Assembly (NCBI GenBank): GCA_963758525.1
Contig: CAVWVQ010000005.1
Span: 256,001-320,000, forward strand
Source of the DNA: an uncultured Phycisphaerales bacterium
GTDB taxonomy: Bacteria; Planctomycetota; Phycisphaerae; Tepidisphaerales; Tepidisphaeraceae
Direction of reading: 5' to 3'
Length of the DNA stretch: 64,000 bases
The position numbers and the translations under genes are program-made. The notes beneath the pieces were generated by a model. That model was not told the DNA's origin. It saw nothing but the letters and a program-made list of their open reading frames with translations, and did no database searches. Shown in pieces: positions 11,097-21,393 of the stretch; positions within the stretch are counted from its first letter, which is position 1; the number at the start of each line of letters is the position of its first letter.

Positions 11097-12674
11097 TTAT
11101 TCTTCGACGTGAGCCGGTGGGTTAGGTTCTGGCGCATCCAGGGCTTTGCCAAAGTACTGTGGGTTGGGTGTCGGCATAATTGCCCCGACGTCCTTGCGCC
11201 ATTGGACGAGCTTGTCGTGAAGTTCGGTGGCTTTATTCGGGTTGGTGGCGGCGAGATTGTTTTTTTCGCCGATGTCGTCGTGCAGATTGAACAGCTCCAG
11301 CTTCCCGTCTTCGTACCACTCAATCAGCTTCCAATCTCCATCGCGAATGGCGCTGCCGGGCGATCCACCCTGGTTGCTGTAGTGCGGGTAATGCCAGAAG
11401 AGCGGACCATGCTGGACGCTGCCGCCGCAGAGCAGTGGCGCCAGGCTTACGCCGTCCACGTGCTGCTGGGGCTGTAGCGGCAAGCCGGCCAGTTGCAGGA
11501 GAGTTGGGAACAAATCAGGCGAGATCACTGGCGTGTCATTAACGGTCCCGGGCTTCGTGACGCCCGGCACGCGGAAAATCATTGGCTCACGGATTCCGCC
11601 CTCGTAAAGCCAGCCCTTCCCGCCCCGCAGCGGCAGGTTGCTGGTGGGCGATCCCTCGGCTGTGCTGAGACCGCCGTTGTCCGATGTAAAGATGACGATC
11701 GTATTCTGGGCGAGACCCAGCCGGTCCAGTGCTCCCAATACGTCGCCGATGCCCGAATCCATCGCTTCAATCATCCCGGCATAAACGGCATGATTCTGCA
11801 CCAGGCGCACCTGGCTCTTTTCTTCCTGTCCAAACTCCGCACCGGACTCCCGCAGTGTTTTCGCCTTGGCCGCATATTTTGCGATCAAATCTTTGCGTGC
11901 TTCCAGCGGAGTGTGGACGGAATAAAAACTCAAATAGGCGAGAAACGGTTTGTCGTGATGCTCTTCGATAAACTTGATGGTTTCCTGCGCAAGGCGGTGC
12001 GGCAGATTCTCCCCAACTGGCCCGTCGGGCAGCTTGGAATTGCCGTAGGGGGAGAAATACGTCTTCGGATGGCCCCAGCCGAGGCCTCCAATATTGATGT
12101 CGAAACCCTGGTGTTCCGGCCAATAAATCTCCTTGTCGCCCAGATGCCATTTGCCGGCGAAGAACGTCGCGTAGCCCTGATCCTTAAACGCCTTGGCGAG
12201 CGTTGTCTCCGACAGCGACATGTACTGTTGATAGTGAGCAGGTATTAGTTTGTGTTTTCCTCGGTACCGGGGGCCGGGCTCTGCTCCGCCGATCCATTCG
12301 GTGATTCCGGTGCGGGGCGGATACTTGCCTGTCAGAATGCTGGCGCGAGTGGGGGAGCAAACCGGGCAGGCCGCGTATCCGGATGTGAAGCGCATGCCGT
12401 CTTTGGCAAGATGATCGATATTCGGTGTCTCATAGAACGTCTTTGGATTGTTCGCGCCGATATCCATGTATCCCATGTCGTCGGCGAGAATGAATAGAAC
12501 GTTCGGTTTGATGGCCGGGGCCGTGTCTGCTTTGGTATGAACAACGGTCCATGTCAGAAGGTAGGCCGCGACGAGAACCAGCGAGGTCGCAGGCAGCAGA
12601 ACGGTACCGCGCAACTGCTGCCATCTGCCTGCAAGGGGTTGCTTATCTGAATGATGGCTTACGTTTTTGGTCAT
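11097..12674 (-). CDS. Formylglycine-dependent (S1) sulfatase
   Basis: PNVLFILADDMG, CSPTRASILTG (CxPxR), GKWHLG, SDNGG, WHYPHY. Confidence 0.93.
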   Translation of the reverse strand: MTKNVSHHSDKQPLAGRWQQLRGTVLLPATSLVLVAAYLLTWTVVHTKADTAPAIKPNVLFILADDMGYMDIGANNPKTFYETPNIDHLAKDGMRFTSGYAACPVCSPTRASILTGKYPPRTGITEWIGGAEPGPRYRGKHKLIPAHYQQYMSLSETTLAKAFKDQGYATFFAGKWHLGDKEIYWPEHQGFDINIGGLGWGHPKTYFSPYGNSKLPDGPVGENLPHRLAQETIKFIEEHHDKPFLAYLSFYSVHTPLEARKDLIAKYAAKAKTLRESGAEFGQEEKSQVRLVQNHAVYAGMIEAMDSGIGDVLGALDRLGLAQNTIVIFTSDNGGLSTAEGSPTSNLPLRGGKGWLYEGGIREPMIFRVPGVTKPGTVNDTPVISPDLFPTLLQLAGLPLQPQQHVDGVSLAPLLCGGSVQHGPLFWHYPHYSNQGGSPGSAIRDGDWKLIEWYEDGKLELFNLHDDIGEKNNLAATNPNKATELHDKLVQWRKDVGAIMPTPNPQYFGKALDAPEPNPPAHVEE

Positions 12675-12884
12675 GAATGCTTTCTTCGAGCGTTCGTTGT
12701 TCAATCGTCAGTGGCGTTGGTAGCGCCATTCGTGCTCGATCATCGCAGCTTTGGGGTGATACCCTCAACGCCGTGTAAATCGATCTTGGCGATCGCAGGC
12801 GGCTGGTTGTCGTCCGGAAATCCGGACAATGGCCTCGGCAGCAGAGCGGCGAGGCTGCCATTTATGGAATATCTCATGCTGTTC

Positions 12885-13080
12885 TTATTTTTCACTGGGT
12901 ACGGAGTCCGTATTGTCTTCATTCAACAGCTCACCAAGCGACGCGCCATTCTTTTCCATTTTCGGTTTTTTAGTGACTTTCTCGGATTGCTCCGGGGTGG
13001 TGTAGTGCGGGGAGGGCGTGTGGTCCGCGAGCATGATGTGCTCGATTTTCCGAACGATGTCCGGATGGGCGGCGGCAACC
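12885..13080 (-). pseudogene. C-terminal remnant of a sulfatase-like gene
   Basis: Reads VAAAHPDIVRKIEHIMLADHTPSPHY..., resembling the terminal helix of S1 sulfatases; no upstream sulfatase body present. Confidence 0.55.
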
Positions 13081-13388
13081 TGACGTAATGCGAAGCGTGC
13101 CGGTCGCAATGGTAATAGAAGCTGCCGGTATCTTTCAGAACGCGGTGTAGTTCCACGCACCTTGGCCGCATGTACTCGATGTACGCCTGGGTGGATTCGT
13201 GCCGGTCGTCGAATGACCGCTTCTCTTTCGTCTCTCCCCAAAAGACTTCGTAGGTTCCGATTCGAGTTAAACGGCGCGTCGATGTAAACGAGGTCAACGC
13301 ACTTCTCTGGCAGCTTGCCGAGTTGATCGAGATTGTCGCCGCAGCAGATGACGCGGGTATCGACGAGCGCGAAGGGTTTGCCCTTCAT
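13080..13388 (-). pseudogene. Truncated site-specific DNA methyltransferase (N6/N4 type), N-terminal fragment
   Basis: ICCGDNLDQL..LP..CVDLVYIDAPFNSNRN (DPPF altered to DAPF), frameshift ~13256, then YEVFWGETKEKRSFDDRH...HRVLKDTGSFYYHCDRHASHYV, ending abruptly. Confidence 0.8.
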
Positions 13389-13471
13389 GCGTGGCGAGGA
13401 TAGCTGAGCAGCGGCGACGGGTCTACCTTACGGCATCTGACATGCCCTCCCCCGGGAGGTATACTGCCAAC

Positions 13472-13744
13472 ATGAAATGGAATGAGAAATCGGTCGCAGC
13501 CGCCACGGGTATCGGATGCCTGGTGCTGTTCACGGGGCTTCTTATCGCGGATCGGATCGGCCCTGGCTTCTATGCGATTCTCGTTGCGTTCACGATGATT
13601 GTCTCCATCGCGATTTCCGCACTGCCACGCCTCCAAGAACTGACGCTCAAACTTGGACAGAAAACCCCTCACCCCCCATACGCCCTCGCAGAATCAAATT
13701 TCCTATCAGCGTACGACAGCTACGGCAAACATCCATCCTGCTGA
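13472..13744 (+). CDS. Small two-TM hypothetical membrane protein (possibly truncated)
   Basis: ATG 13472, ~11 nt after GGGAGG; two hydrophobic helices (GIGCLVLFTGLLIA; FYAILVAFTMIVSIAISAL). Confidence 0.45.
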   Translation: MKWNEKSVAAATGIGCLVLFTGLLIADRIGPGFYAILVAFTMIVSIAISALPRLQELTLKLGQKTPHPPYALAESNFLSAYDSYGKHPSC

Positions 13745-13767
13745 AACTCCTTCTAAAACAGTTGATC

Positions 13768-15378
13768 ATGAAGCCGAGATTTCTCATCCCTTTCCTGTTG
13801 ATGATGTGCTCGTCCGCACGCGCGGCCGAACTCACACTCCCTTCTGTTTTCTCCGATCACATGGTTTTGCAACGGAGTATCGCGGCGCCCATCTGGGGCA
13901 CGGCCGAGCCGGGTGAACGGGTCGTTGTGAAATTCGACGGACAGGAAAAGACAGCGACCGCGGATGGAATTGGAGACTGGGAGGTCAAGCTTGATCCGTT
14001 GCATGCTGGCGGGCCGGAAACGCTGACCGTCGCAACCACGAAAACGATCACGATCAGCGATGTCCTGGTCGGGGAGGTCTGGCTTGGTTCCGGGCAGTCC
14101 AACATGGCCTATGCGGCCAGTCATTTTTTTTCCAAATCGAATCTTGGCCAATATCGAGGCGATCTCAACCTGCTGAATGCCATCAATGCGGGTCCGTATT
14201 CTCAGATTCGAATGATTAACACGGGTGATAAAGGCTGGATAACAGCCACTCCGGGAAACCTGATCAACTTCTCCGCGCTTCTTCAGTCCTTCGGTCTTTC
14301 TTTGAACAAAAAACTGAATGTTCCCGTCGGTTTGATCATGGCCGCCCGGCCAGGTATGCCGTCTGGACGTTTCGTCACCCAGGCGGCGATTCGCCAGGAC
14401 CCTGCCTGCCAAGAGGAGATCGCCAAAGCGTCTGAGCCGGCAGCTTTGGCGGAGGCAGATCAGAAATACGCGTCTGACCTTCAAAAGTATAACGTAGCGA
14501 TGGCGGCCTGGAATGAATTGCCCGAAGAGCAAAAAAAGATTCACAAGGCTCCGTATAAGCCGTTTCCGCCGGTACGTCCCGGTGATTTGAAGGGAGCCCG
14601 AGTGGGTGAACTTCACGACCAGTTGATCAAGCCATTTTTGGGCTACGCCATTCGCGGTGTTTTGTGGGATCAGGGTGAGAGTGGGACCGATCTCCCCGGG
14701 GTTGATCAGGTTACTTTAATGCGAGTGCTGATCCAGAGTTGGCGACAGGAGTGGAAATTGGCGGATGTGTCAGGAACAAGCGTCGATTTTCCGTTCATTT
14801 ACATCCAAAAACCGAGTGGAGGAGGCTGCGCCTTCGATTACCACGACACGGTTTTTGCCCCCTTTGCAGATAAGTTTTCCCCTCTTCCCCCGGAAGTGCC
14901 CGACGACGGAGCGAGCATTGAGATGTTTCAACGGATCGCCTCTGTTCCCCATACCTTCATGGTACAGAGCAGTGATCTTGGCTCCGGATTGCACCCTTTC
15001 AACAAATCTGGTTATGGTGCGCGCGCAGCTTTTGTCGCGCTGGGCACTGTTTACGGCGAGGACGTCGAAACGTCTGGACCTGTCTATGCGAGCCATAAGA
15101 TGGAGGGTGGCAAAGTCAGGGTGAGCTTCACGCATGTGGGGCAGGGTCTTGTCTTTCGCAACGGCAATAAGCTCCAGGGCTTCGCACTGGCGGGCGCGGA
15201 CAAAAAATTCGTCTGGGCCGACGCGGTAGTCGAGGGCAACACTGTATTGGTGTCGTCGCCGCAGATTCCGCTGCCAGCCTTTGTGCGTTATGCATGGTCG
15301 ATCAACCGGGCATGGGCAAATTTGTTCAACAAGGACGGACTGCCTGCGCTGTCCTTTCGCACGGATGAGGACAACTAG
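13768..15378 (+). CDS. Sialate O-acetylesterase (SASA) family protein, secreted
   Basis: Signal peptide, LPSVFSDHMVLQR, GEVWLGSGQSNM, RGVLWDQGES, LHP.NK, VRYAW...NLFNKDGLPA.SFRTD. Confidence 0.9.
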   Translation: MKPRFLIPFLLMMCSSARAAELTLPSVFSDHMVLQRSIAAPIWGTAEPGERVVVKFDGQEKTATADGIGDWEVKLDPLHAGGPETLTVATTKTITISDVLVGEVWLGSGQSNMAYAASHFFSKSNLGQYRGDLNLLNAINAGPYSQIRMINTGDKGWITATPGNLINFSALLQSFGLSLNKKLNVPVGLIMAARPGMPSGRFVTQAAIRQDPACQEEIAKASEPAALAEADQKYASDLQKYNVAMAAWNELPEEQKKIHKAPYKPFPPVRPGDLKGARVGELHDQLIKPFLGYAIRGVLWDQGESGTDLPGVDQVTLMRVLIQSWRQEWKLADVSGTSVDFPFIYIQKPSGGGCAFDYHDTVFAPFADKFSPLPPEVPDDGASIEMFQRIASVPHTFMVQSSDLGSGLHPFNKSGYGARAAFVALGTVYGEDVETSGPVYASHKMEGGKVRVSFTHVGQGLVFRNGNKLQGFALAGADKKFVWADAVVEGNTVLVSSPQIPLPAFVRYAWSINRAWANLFNKDGLPALSFRTDEDN

Positions 15379-16608
15379 TGGCCCTGCTACGAAGTCCTGC
15401 AAGAAATTAGCAGTGCTAAGATAGTAAATGGATTCTTTTTGTTATTCACGGAGGATTTTCCATGCGCGGTCGAAGGCCTTGTCCGCTGATTCTTTCCGCA
15501 GACGATGTTCGGGCACTCGAGTGCGTTTCCCGAAGTCGGAGCCGGCCTTTCTTCCAAGTGCAGCATGCCCGCGCGGTCCTGGCAGTCGCGGGCGGCCAAT
15601 GCATTGCGACCATCGCATCCGACCTCCATTGCGACCCTTCAACCATCTGGCGACTCTGCCGGCGGTATGAGCGCAGCGGCATTGATCAACTGTTGGCGGA
15701 CCAGCCTCGCTCGGGCCGGCCCCAGCAGCTTTCCCCCCCTCCAAAGGGCGCGGATTGTCGAGTTGGCCTGCCTGGAGCCGATTGCCGAGGGGTTGCACAT
15801 GACTCATTGGACCAGCGCCGACCTGGCTCATCAGGCCGTCGTCGACGGAATCGTCGACACCATCAGCCCCAGTATGGTCCGGCGAATCCTGCAGGACGTG
15901 AACTTGCAACCGCATCGCACCCGGTACTGGCGAACCGCCCGACTCGATCCATTGTTTAAGCAGCGTGCGGAAAAAGTGCTCTGGTGCTATGCCCAAGCGG
16001 CCCATTTGGCCCACCTGGGCGTCTGGACCGTCGCGGTTGACGAAGTCCCCAACCACCAGGTCCTGGAACGAAAGCCGATCCGGCCAGCCATTCCCGGCTC
16101 GATTGAGCAGCAGGAGTTTGAGTACACCCGGCATGGGACCGTCAATCTGCTCCTGTTCCTGATCCTCCATAGCGGACGGATGGAGTCCGCCGTGGTGGCA
16201 AAGAAGGATGCCGAACATTACATCGAACAACTGCGAAGGTTCCGCAGCCGCCATCGCGGTCTTCACGGAGTGTTCTTGATTCAGGACGGAGATCCCAGTC
16301 ATACCTCGGGCGAGACCGCCGCGTATTGGGCCCAGTGTCATCACTGGTGGCGGCCCCGCTTTACCCCCGCTCACGCCTCATGGCTCAACCAAGCGGAGTT
16401 GCTGGTCGACAACTTCGGCTTGCACTACCTTCGCCGCGGCTCCTGGGAAGATCGCCAGCATTTCATCGACCATGTAACTGCCGCGTCCGACGAGTACAAT
16501 CGGCGGTATGCTCATCCGTTCCAGTGGACCTGGACCAACGAGCGGATGAGACGATGGTACGCCGAACACGTGGCCTCAATTTCTTGCACGACTTCGTAGC
16601 GGGGCCAC
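15378..16608 (+). mobile_element. IS630-family insertion sequence (~1.23 kb) with ~31-bp terminal inverted repeats, inserted at CTAG (TA duplication)
   Basis: Left end ctaGTGGCCCTGCTACGAAGTCCTGCAAGAAATT; right end reverse complement ctaGTGGCCCCGCTACGAAGTCGTGCAAGAAATT (2 mismatches). CTAG at 15375-15378 and 16608-16611. Confidence 0.92.
15462..16599 (+). CDS. IS630 transposase (HTH + DDE) in two frames joined at TTTCCCCCCC (15730-15739)
   Basis: Frame A: ARAVLAVAGG...STIWRLCRRY...PRSGRP. Frame B: VDE, EYTRHGT, IQD...H, TPAHASWLNQAE. Confidence 0.9.
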
Positions 16609-16737
16609 TAGGTCTCGCCTTTCCTGCAAACATCACTTTAAATGTCCTCTCAAATAAAGTCATGCGTCTCCCTCGATGCAGGAAACGAGGACTGCTGCCG
16701 ACAACGCCGGGATTATGCGAGAGGGCGACACGCGCCA

Positions 16738-17138
16738 ATGAGCACTCTGGATCCGCCAACTCTCTTTGCTCCGGAGCCGTCGAGGCAGCAGACCGAAGCC
16801 GCCATCCCCGACGATTGGGCGCAGGTGATGGCGTTCGCACTCGCTTGGGTCCAGGATCAGCATGTTTCAGCAGCCGATTCACGCGTGCGATGGAACGTGA
16901 GTTCGGTTCCATGATCCGGATGGACCTGCTCGACGTCGTTGAGCACCTGAAAAGTCAAAAAGTGGGAAGTACGATCGAGAACTACCTGGCGTTCACTCTT
17001 AGTGGTAGCGAGAAGCGCCCGCCCTCGGAGCGAACGTACTCAGCTTGGCCATTGGATTCAGACGAAGTTTCGCTCATACGGTTTCTCCCGTTTCTATTCG
17101 GTGGGATACGGTGGGTGTGTCGCCAGTCGCGGCCTTGA
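16738..17138 (+). pseudogene. Hypothetical protein fragment, probable frameshift ~16878
   Basis: MSTLDPP...WVQDQHVSAAD can be joined to FTRAMEREFGSMIRMDLLDVVEHLK...; no family recognised. Confidence 0.25.
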
Positions 17139-17341
17139 CCATCGCGATGATGCCGGATCTCAAAGCGGTGGGGAGTGCCGGCCAAGCGTCAATTACCGTC
17201 TGCAAGTTTGTATCGGCCGCGACTGGCAGGGATAGTGCTACTGACGCATTCGCTGCGCCGGGTTTCGAAACATGCTGATTTCTCTCGGAAAGCTGCGGTA
17301 TTGCATCGGGTTCGACCCCCTTCGCCCGCTTTTATTGCCAA

Positions 17342-18850
17342 TCATTCCTGTTGTGCCGATTCACATTTGAGTACATAGGCTAACGATTCTTTAGCGGCCT
17401 GCGGGAAATGAATTTCCGTCGCGCCGTTGGAGGACTTCCACTCGAGGGGCTCCTCGTATCCCAGCAGCGTCACTTTTGAACCGGCCGTGGGAGAGAATCC
17501 CGTCAGCGTTGCGGTGGCTGCGGGACGCTTGGTAACAATTGCGTAGACGTGCGTGTGATCATCGCTTGCGGTGTAGCGAACGTCGTCTCCTTCCGCCCAT
17601 AGCGAGCCATTCCGCGCACGGGTGTTGAAGATCGCTTCACCATTGGTCTTCAGCCACGCTCCCACTTCTTTCAACTGGGCGATCGCCGTCGGATGAAAGG
17701 CGCCGGTTGCGTCGGGGCCGATCCCGATTTCGAAATTGCCGCCCTTGGCGACCGTGTCGGCGAGGTGGCTCACCACCCAGGACGCCCCCTTGTAGTCCGC
17801 GGCCGTGGCGTCATAGGAAAAGTTCTTGCCGAGGGGGTAGATCACCATCCAGGGCATCGGGCTGTCGACCTTGCCGCGCGGAATGGTCCGCTCGGGCGTG
17901 TAGAAGTCGCCGTAGTTGCCAATGCCGCGGTTTCGAAACATCACATCGGGTTGAATTGTCCTCAGTTCCTTGATGGTTTGCTTGTACTCCGGCCAGTCTG
18001 CGGCCCCCAGTTGAATGTCGAGACAGACCATGTCGACTTTGCCGTAGTTGCTCAGGATCTCCTTCAGCTGCGCTCGGTGGCGATCGATCATTTCGCGTCG
18101 GTCGGCGGCCGTGGGTTCGGTGAAGATGGTGGCGGGACGCTTCTGGTCTTGCTCCACGGCCTTACGTTCGGTTGAAGTCGGCGTCTGCATGGGACTCCTG
18201 CCGTAGGGCCGGAAGTCCGCGTCGTACCAGTCGGTGTTGGAGAAATAGAGGTCGATTTTGATGTCGTGTTTGTGAGCCGAATCGCAGAGTTCACGGATGA
18301 TATCCCGCTTCGAGGGGGTCTCCATGACACTAAACGCCACATCGCAGTCCTCGATTGCGGGGCCGCCGGGTGCTGTCCAGTTGACGCGGTGATGCACGCG
18401 CGTTTTGGTGTCGAACAGAGAGAATCCTTCATGGTGCTTGGTGGTGATGGTGAAGCACTTGAAGCCGGAGTCTTCAAAGAAGTGCATCCATTGTTCTGGA
18501 TCGAAGTTGCTGGCCGTCCATTTGTTGGAGTTGTCGAGATACTGTTGCCGCTGTTCGTTCGAGAGCGGGAGAAAGGACCAGGATTCTCGCGAGTCGGGCA
18601 GGAAGGAATAGAGGCCCCAGTGGATCCGCACGCCGTATTTCATTTTTCGAAAGGCGTCGTACGCGGCCGCGGACGCGTGGTGATAGTCTGGGTCGGGATT
18701 CACTTCAACATACGGGTTGCCTTTGGCAACGCTGGGGGGAAATCGAAGCGTGCTCTCCCGATCGGCTACCGCATCCGCTGCCAGTGTCATCCCTGCGGCG
18801 CTGGCGACGGCGCCTACGGCCAGGATCGCCATCAGCATGCGTTTACTCAT
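17342..18850 (-). CDS. Alpha-L-fucosidase, GH29, secreted
   Basis: YGVRIHWGLYS, TTKHHEGFSLFDT, GDFYTPE, VAKGGN...IGPDATG, WLKTNGEAIFNTR. Confidence 0.92.
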   Translation of the reverse strand: MSKRMLMAILAVGAVASAAGMTLAADAVADRESTLRFPPSVAKGNPYVEVNPDPDYHHASAAAYDAFRKMKYGVRIHWGLYSFLPDSRESWSFLPLSNEQRQQYLDNSNKWTASNFDPEQWMHFFEDSGFKCFTITTKHHEGFSLFDTKTRVHHRVNWTAPGGPAIEDCDVAFSVMETPSKRDIIRELCDSAHKHDIKIDLYFSNTDWYDADFRPYGRSPMQTPTSTERKAVEQDQKRPATIFTEPTAADRREMIDRHRAQLKEILSNYGKVDMVCLDIQLGAADWPEYKQTIKELRTIQPDVMFRNRGIGNYGDFYTPERTIPRGKVDSPMPWMVIYPLGKNFSYDATAADYKGASWVVSHLADTVAKGGNFEIGIGPDATGAFHPTAIAQLKEVGAWLKTNGEAIFNTRARNGSLWAEGDDVRYTASDDHTHVYAIVTKRPAATATLTGFSPTAGSKVTLLGYEEPLEWKSSNGATEIHFPQAAKESLAYVLKCESAQQE

Positions 18851-18900
18851 CCGATTTCCTCCAAGTAATCGGATTGAATCTAACCGCGATGGGCTAACAT

Positions 18901-19809
18901 CTACACAGTGGCATCTTTCATTTCCGGCGCCACAGAATTCGCGGAGGCTCCTGTGCCCCTCGCAAAGCCAGCCAGTTCGGTCATGTTCTGCATGACATGC
19001 AAGCTCTTTGAGGGACGGAGGGCCAATGATGTGACTGCACTTCCGCCGAGGACAAAGAGCGTTCCCGACGCCGCAAGTTGTTCGGCCAGCGCGTTCACCT
19101 TATCGCGCGCTTTGGTCCCCTCAACGGTCGCCTTTACCGCCAACCACGCGATGCGGGCTTTATGTTCGCGAGCGGCGACAGCCAGCACTTCCAGCGGGGT
19201 ATCCGGCCCAAAATTCATCTCCCGGAATCCCGCCTCCGCAAGGACGGTGCCCGCCATCATGGATGGCAGAATGTAAGGGTCTCCCTGCGGCGCTGCACCC
19301 AGGGCAATTGGCGCCTCTTCGGCCGGCTGTCCCAACATTTGCCGAAGCATTCCCAACGCTTGCAGGCACATCGTTGTGGCCCGATGTTCGACGAGAACGG
19401 CACGCGGGTCATTCGGCCACAGTTCCCCAATCCGCGTCATGGCGCCCCGAATGGGACCATCACAAATCGCTGCCACGCTCAGGCCGTTCAAGAAGAGACT
19501 GGCGACGCAACCGTTTGCCGAAAGAGCATTCCCGGAGCAAAGGGCCTCGAAGAGATTCTCTTCCAGAGCCTGTGAACCGAGCATCTTCCCTGCAGCGGCA
19601 GGGAGTTTGGGCATCCCCAGCAGTTCCGGTCGAACGATTGCTGACCCCGATTCCCGCACGAACCGAATCGCCTCCGGCAGTGCAATCCGTCGATGCCCGC
19701 CGGCGGTTTTGGCAGTGCGAATGGCGCCGGTGTTGGTCCATCGACGCACGGAGCTTTCGCTGGCACCGATCGCCTCGGCAAATTCAGTCGTTGTAAGCAG
19801 TTTTTCCAT
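18901..19809 (-). CDS. MerR/excisionase-HTH + B12-binding-like transcriptional regulator (CarH/LitR-like)
   Basis: LLTTTEFAEAIGASESSVRRW...KTAGGHRR HTH; GELW-x9-EH helical-cap motif; Rossmann-like C-domain (NFGPDTP, FVLGG). Confidence 0.8.
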   Translation of the reverse strand: MEKLLTTTEFAEAIGASESSVRRWTNTGAIRTAKTAGGHRRIALPEAIRFVRESGSAIVRPELLGMPKLPAAAGKMLGSQALEENLFEALCSGNALSANGCVASLFLNGLSVAAICDGPIRGAMTRIGELWPNDPRAVLVEHRATTMCLQALGMLRQMLGQPAEEAPIALGAAPQGDPYILPSMMAGTVLAEAGFREMNFGPDTPLEVLAVAAREHKARIAWLAVKATVEGTKARDKVNALAEQLAASGTLFVLGGSAVTSLALRPSKSLHVMQNMTELAGFARGTGASANSVAPEMKDATV

Positions 19810-19954
19810 TATCGTGATTGAATTGAATGAATTATACGGTGGGCCAGGTAGATGTCTAACGCGCGTCAGGTAAATTAAAACACTCCGCTAGATCAGTCAT
19901 AATTTTAACGCCAGCTAATTTGACTGTGTCGGACGCTAGGCATAAGCTTCGACC

Positions 19955-19981
19955 GAATTGGATGATTTGGATGAATTAGCT
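19955..19981 (+). promoter_or_regulatory. Three 9-bp direct repeats upstream of folE, candidate operator
   Basis: GAATTGGAT-GATTTGGAT-GAATTAGCT just upstream of the folE RBS, in the divergent regulator/folE intergenic region. Confidence 0.35.
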
Positions 19982-19997
19982 GTTTTTGGGAGATATC

Positions 19998-20648
19998 ATG
20001 TTCTCTGAGGCCGTCTCAACATCTCTGATCCTGCAAACCTCACCTCGATTGAGGCATGGGTCAAGGGAACCATCAGACCAAATAGATCTCAGGCGAATTG
20101 AGAATGCGGTGAGGGAGATCCTCATTGCAATCGGCGAAGACCCCGACCGAGACGGGCTGATCGATACGCCCAAGCGGGTGGCCAAGTCGTATCGGGAGCT
20201 GTTCCGCGGGTTGACGGAGAATCCGTCGACGCACCTCAGTCGCACCTTCAGTCATGAGCACGATGGGATCGTGATTCTCCGCGACATCGAGTTTTCCAGC
20301 GTCTGTGAGCATCACCTGCTCCCCTTTTTCGGCAAGGCGCACATCGCCTACCAGCCGAGCAACGGTCGGGTGGTTGGTTTGTCAAAACTGGCCAGGACCG
20401 TTGATGTCTTTGCCCGAAGGCCCCAAGTGCAGGAACGGATGACCGACCAGATCGCGGATGCGCTGGTCGAACATCTCAACCCTAGAGGTGTTGCCGTCGT
20501 GATTGAAGCCCAACACATGTGCATGAAGCTGCGGGGTGTGAAAAAAACCTGCAGCACGATGCAGACCTTTGGTCTGCGAGGCTTGTTCAGGTCGGACCAG
20601 GCAAAGGGAATGCATATCACTTCACTTCTATGCCGGCACCATGCATGA
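19998..20648 (+). CDS. folE: GTP cyclohydrolase I
   Basis: [51 protein letters not shown]. Confidence 0.95.
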   Translation: MFSEAVSTSLILQTSPRLRHGSREPSDQIDLRRIENAVREILIAIGEDPDRDGLIDTPKRVAKSYRELFRGLTENPSTHLSRTFSHEHDGIVILRDIEFSSVCEHHLLPFFGKAHIAYQPSNGRVVGLSKLARTVDVFARRPQVQERMTDQIADALVEHLNPRGVAVVIEAQHMCMKLRGVKKTCSTMQTFGLRGLFRSDQAKGMHITSLLCRHHA

Positions 20649-20777
20649 CAGTTTTGATCAGTGGCGATTTGACCCGATTCCAACAAGAACCGAACGTCTT
20701 CGCAAATATGCCGTGTGGCATGCGAGCGAATGAGGATTATCTAATTACCTCGGTCGGAAGACCGAAAGGAACTCACC

Positions 20778-21317
20778 GTGATCTTGAACAACCGTTTGTT
20801 TGTCGCTGCCCTGCTGGGGCTTGGAGTAACTTCCGGCGTCGGCATCGTTGGCTCGCAGTTTGGAGCCGTCGGGGCCTCCGCTGTAGCGGCGGATGCGCCC
20901 GCCGCTGCGCCGAAGGACATCGTCGACACCGCCGTTGCGGCGGGAAATTTCAACACGCTGGCGGCTGCGCTCAAAGCAGCCGGCTTGGTCGAAACCCTCA
21001 AGGGCGCGGGGCCCTTCACCGTCTTCGCGCCGACTGACGAGGCATTCGGCAAGCTCCCGGCTGGGACTGTTGCCGACCTTCTTAAGCCCGAAAACAAGGA
21101 GAAGCTCGTCGCGATCCTGACCTACCACGTGGTCGCTGGGAAGGAGATGGCGAAAGATGTTGCCGGTCTGTCCTCGGTCAAGACCATCAACGGCAAGGAT
21201 CTTTCCTTGAAGGTCGTTGATGGAAAGGTCATCGTCGGGGGCGCCACCGTCACAACAGCTGACATCGAAGCGTCCAACGGCGTCATCCACGTAATTGATA
21301 CCGTCCTGCTGCCTTAA
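20778..21317 (+). CDS. Secreted fasciclin (FAS1) domain protein
   Basis: [50 protein letters not shown]. Confidence 0.95.
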   Translation: MILNNRLFVAALLGLGVTSGVGIVGSQFGAVGASAVAADAPAAAPKDIVDTAVAAGNFNTLAAALKAAGLVETLKGAGPFTVFAPTDEAFGKLPAGTVADLLKPENKEKLVAILTYHVVAGKEMAKDVAGLSSVKTINGKDLSLKVVDGKVIVGGATVTTADIEASNGVIHVIDTVLLP

Positions 21318-21344
21318 GACAAGACTCGACCTTTCCCCTCTACC

Positions 21345-21377
21345 AAGGCCGGATGTCGGAATACGACATCCGGCCTT
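21345..21377 (+). other. Perfect 14-bp-stem intergenic hairpin (terminator-like but without U-tract)
   Basis: AAGGCCGGATGTCG-gaata-CGACATCCGGCCTT between the fasciclin gene and the next small gene. Confidence 0.6.
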
Positions 21378-21393
21378 CTGAAACAGGTAAAAC

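Noticed and set aside
13516..13767. N-terminal extension of the 620-aa esterase ORF
   Set aside because: The signal peptide begins at ATG 13768; the upstream part overlaps another ORF.
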